In this document: in pieces, positions 63,436 through 64,000 of the stretch
How the letters are laid out: every line of letters starts with the position of its first letter
Position numbering within the stretch: the stretch's first letter is position 1
Virus record (IMG/VR): IMGVR_UViG_2930438282_000001
Location: 17,042 to 81,041 of that record
Reading direction: 5' to 3' (one strand)
DNA length: 64,000 nt
Source of the DNA: a virus
Taxonomy: Duplodnaviria > Caudoviricetes
Notes under the pieces: model-generated
Databases searched by the model: none
What the model was told of the DNA's origin: nothing
The model's input: only the letters and a program-made list of their open reading frames with translations
Made by a program: the position numbers and the translations under genes

Positions 63436-63530
63436 GAGATTGTGAGATTTCTAGGCCCGAGAGGCGTCTCACATACCATCTGATCTGCTGAAACGCGCAG
63501 ACACGTAGAACAGTGCACCGAGTCTACTGG
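63432..63530. other. Probable att region (arm-type sites)
   Basis: GTGAGA direct repeats 63432/63442 and inverted copy 63467-63472 right after int. Confidence 0.45.
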
Positions 63531-63640
63531 CGATTCGTGCAGGCCAGCGCCATGGGCCGATTCGGCGGAAACTACGAGACCGGCGTCACCGCGTACGGCT
63601 CCGCCGCCGCGGAGCCGGGTGGCGCCCGCGGGGCCGGTTC

Positions 63641-64000
63641 CTACGACCCGTGCCCGAGGCCTCCGGTGCGGTCCGCGATCTCCGCCAGGATGTCACCGTG
63701 GCACGCCTCGGGCGCGCACCAGCAGGCCAGAGTCCTGCCGCGCAGTGCGGGCACCAGCTCCAGCAGATCGGGGCGGGACTTCAGGTGCTCCCGGTACTTG
63801 TCCATCACCTCGGCCCGTGTCCCGTCGCGCTTCTTCTGCGGGGTGTCGATCTGGAACGGGTTGTACAGCCGGTGCCCGGGGAGGTTCCAGCCGCCCCTGA
63901 CCATGCGGCGGCCGATGTAGACGACGTCCTCCGGGCCGTACTCCAGGGCGGGGCCGAACTCCTGGAGGCGGCCCTTGAGGTTGATCACCGTCGTGGTCAT
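63641..64000 (-). CDS. DUF4326-family protein (probably host side)
   Basis: VYIGR..NPF..LRGRTLACWCAPEACHGDIL. Confidence 0.85.
   Translation of the reverse strand: MTTTVINLKGRLQEFGPALEYGPEDVVYIGRRMVRGGWNLPGHRLYNPFQIDTPQKKRDGTRAEVMDKYREHLKSRPDLLELVPALRGRTLACWCAPEACHGDILAEIADRTGGLGHGS

Larger units (their letters stand above)
1..63520. mobile_element. Prophage (temperate siphovirus-like), truncated at left window edge
   Basis: Integrase, repressor/Cro pair, replication, terminase, portal, capsid and tail tube genes in lambdoid-like order; right end inferred just downstream of integrase. Confidence 0.93.

Noticed and set aside
1-64000. tRNA, rRNA, reverse transcriptase/DGR or IS elements
   Set aside because: None recognisable by eye; a covariance-model and HMM scan would be needed to exclude divergent cases

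Overview
High-GC actinobacterial (Streptomyces-like) DNA that is almost entirely one temperate siphovirus-type prophage, mostly encoded on the minus strand. From right to left: a probable att region and tyrosine integrase (62.2-63.5 kb); a CI/Cro-like switch with 10-bp-periodic operators; a long, translationally coupled early region (29.6-60.3 kb); an accessory region (18.9-29.6 kb); an unusual pre-terminase block of virion-like genes including an 882-aa repeat fibre; then terminase, portal, head and tail genes running off the left edge. The early region carries a PD-(D/E)XK nuclease, gp3/RDF-like protein, two DEDD exonucleases, WhiB, vWA, HNH, replication initiator with iterons, DNA methyltransferase, DUF5131, HIT and antirepressor. 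Tape measure and lysis genes are not in the window. Best candidates for new biology: (1) a separately regulated operon pairing a hyaluronan/NodC-class GT2 synthase with a 53-aa protein that is almost only an LAxTG sortase signal, plus membrane proteins; (2) a NUMOD4-Zn-HNH homing endonuclease inserted in frame, without intein motifs, inside DUF5131; (3) a 2H-phosphoesterase (Acb1-like) fused to the MuF-like head protein; (4) structured intergenic RNAs in the late operon and a non-canonical -1 frameshift. All family assignments are from motif recognition by eye; no searches were run.
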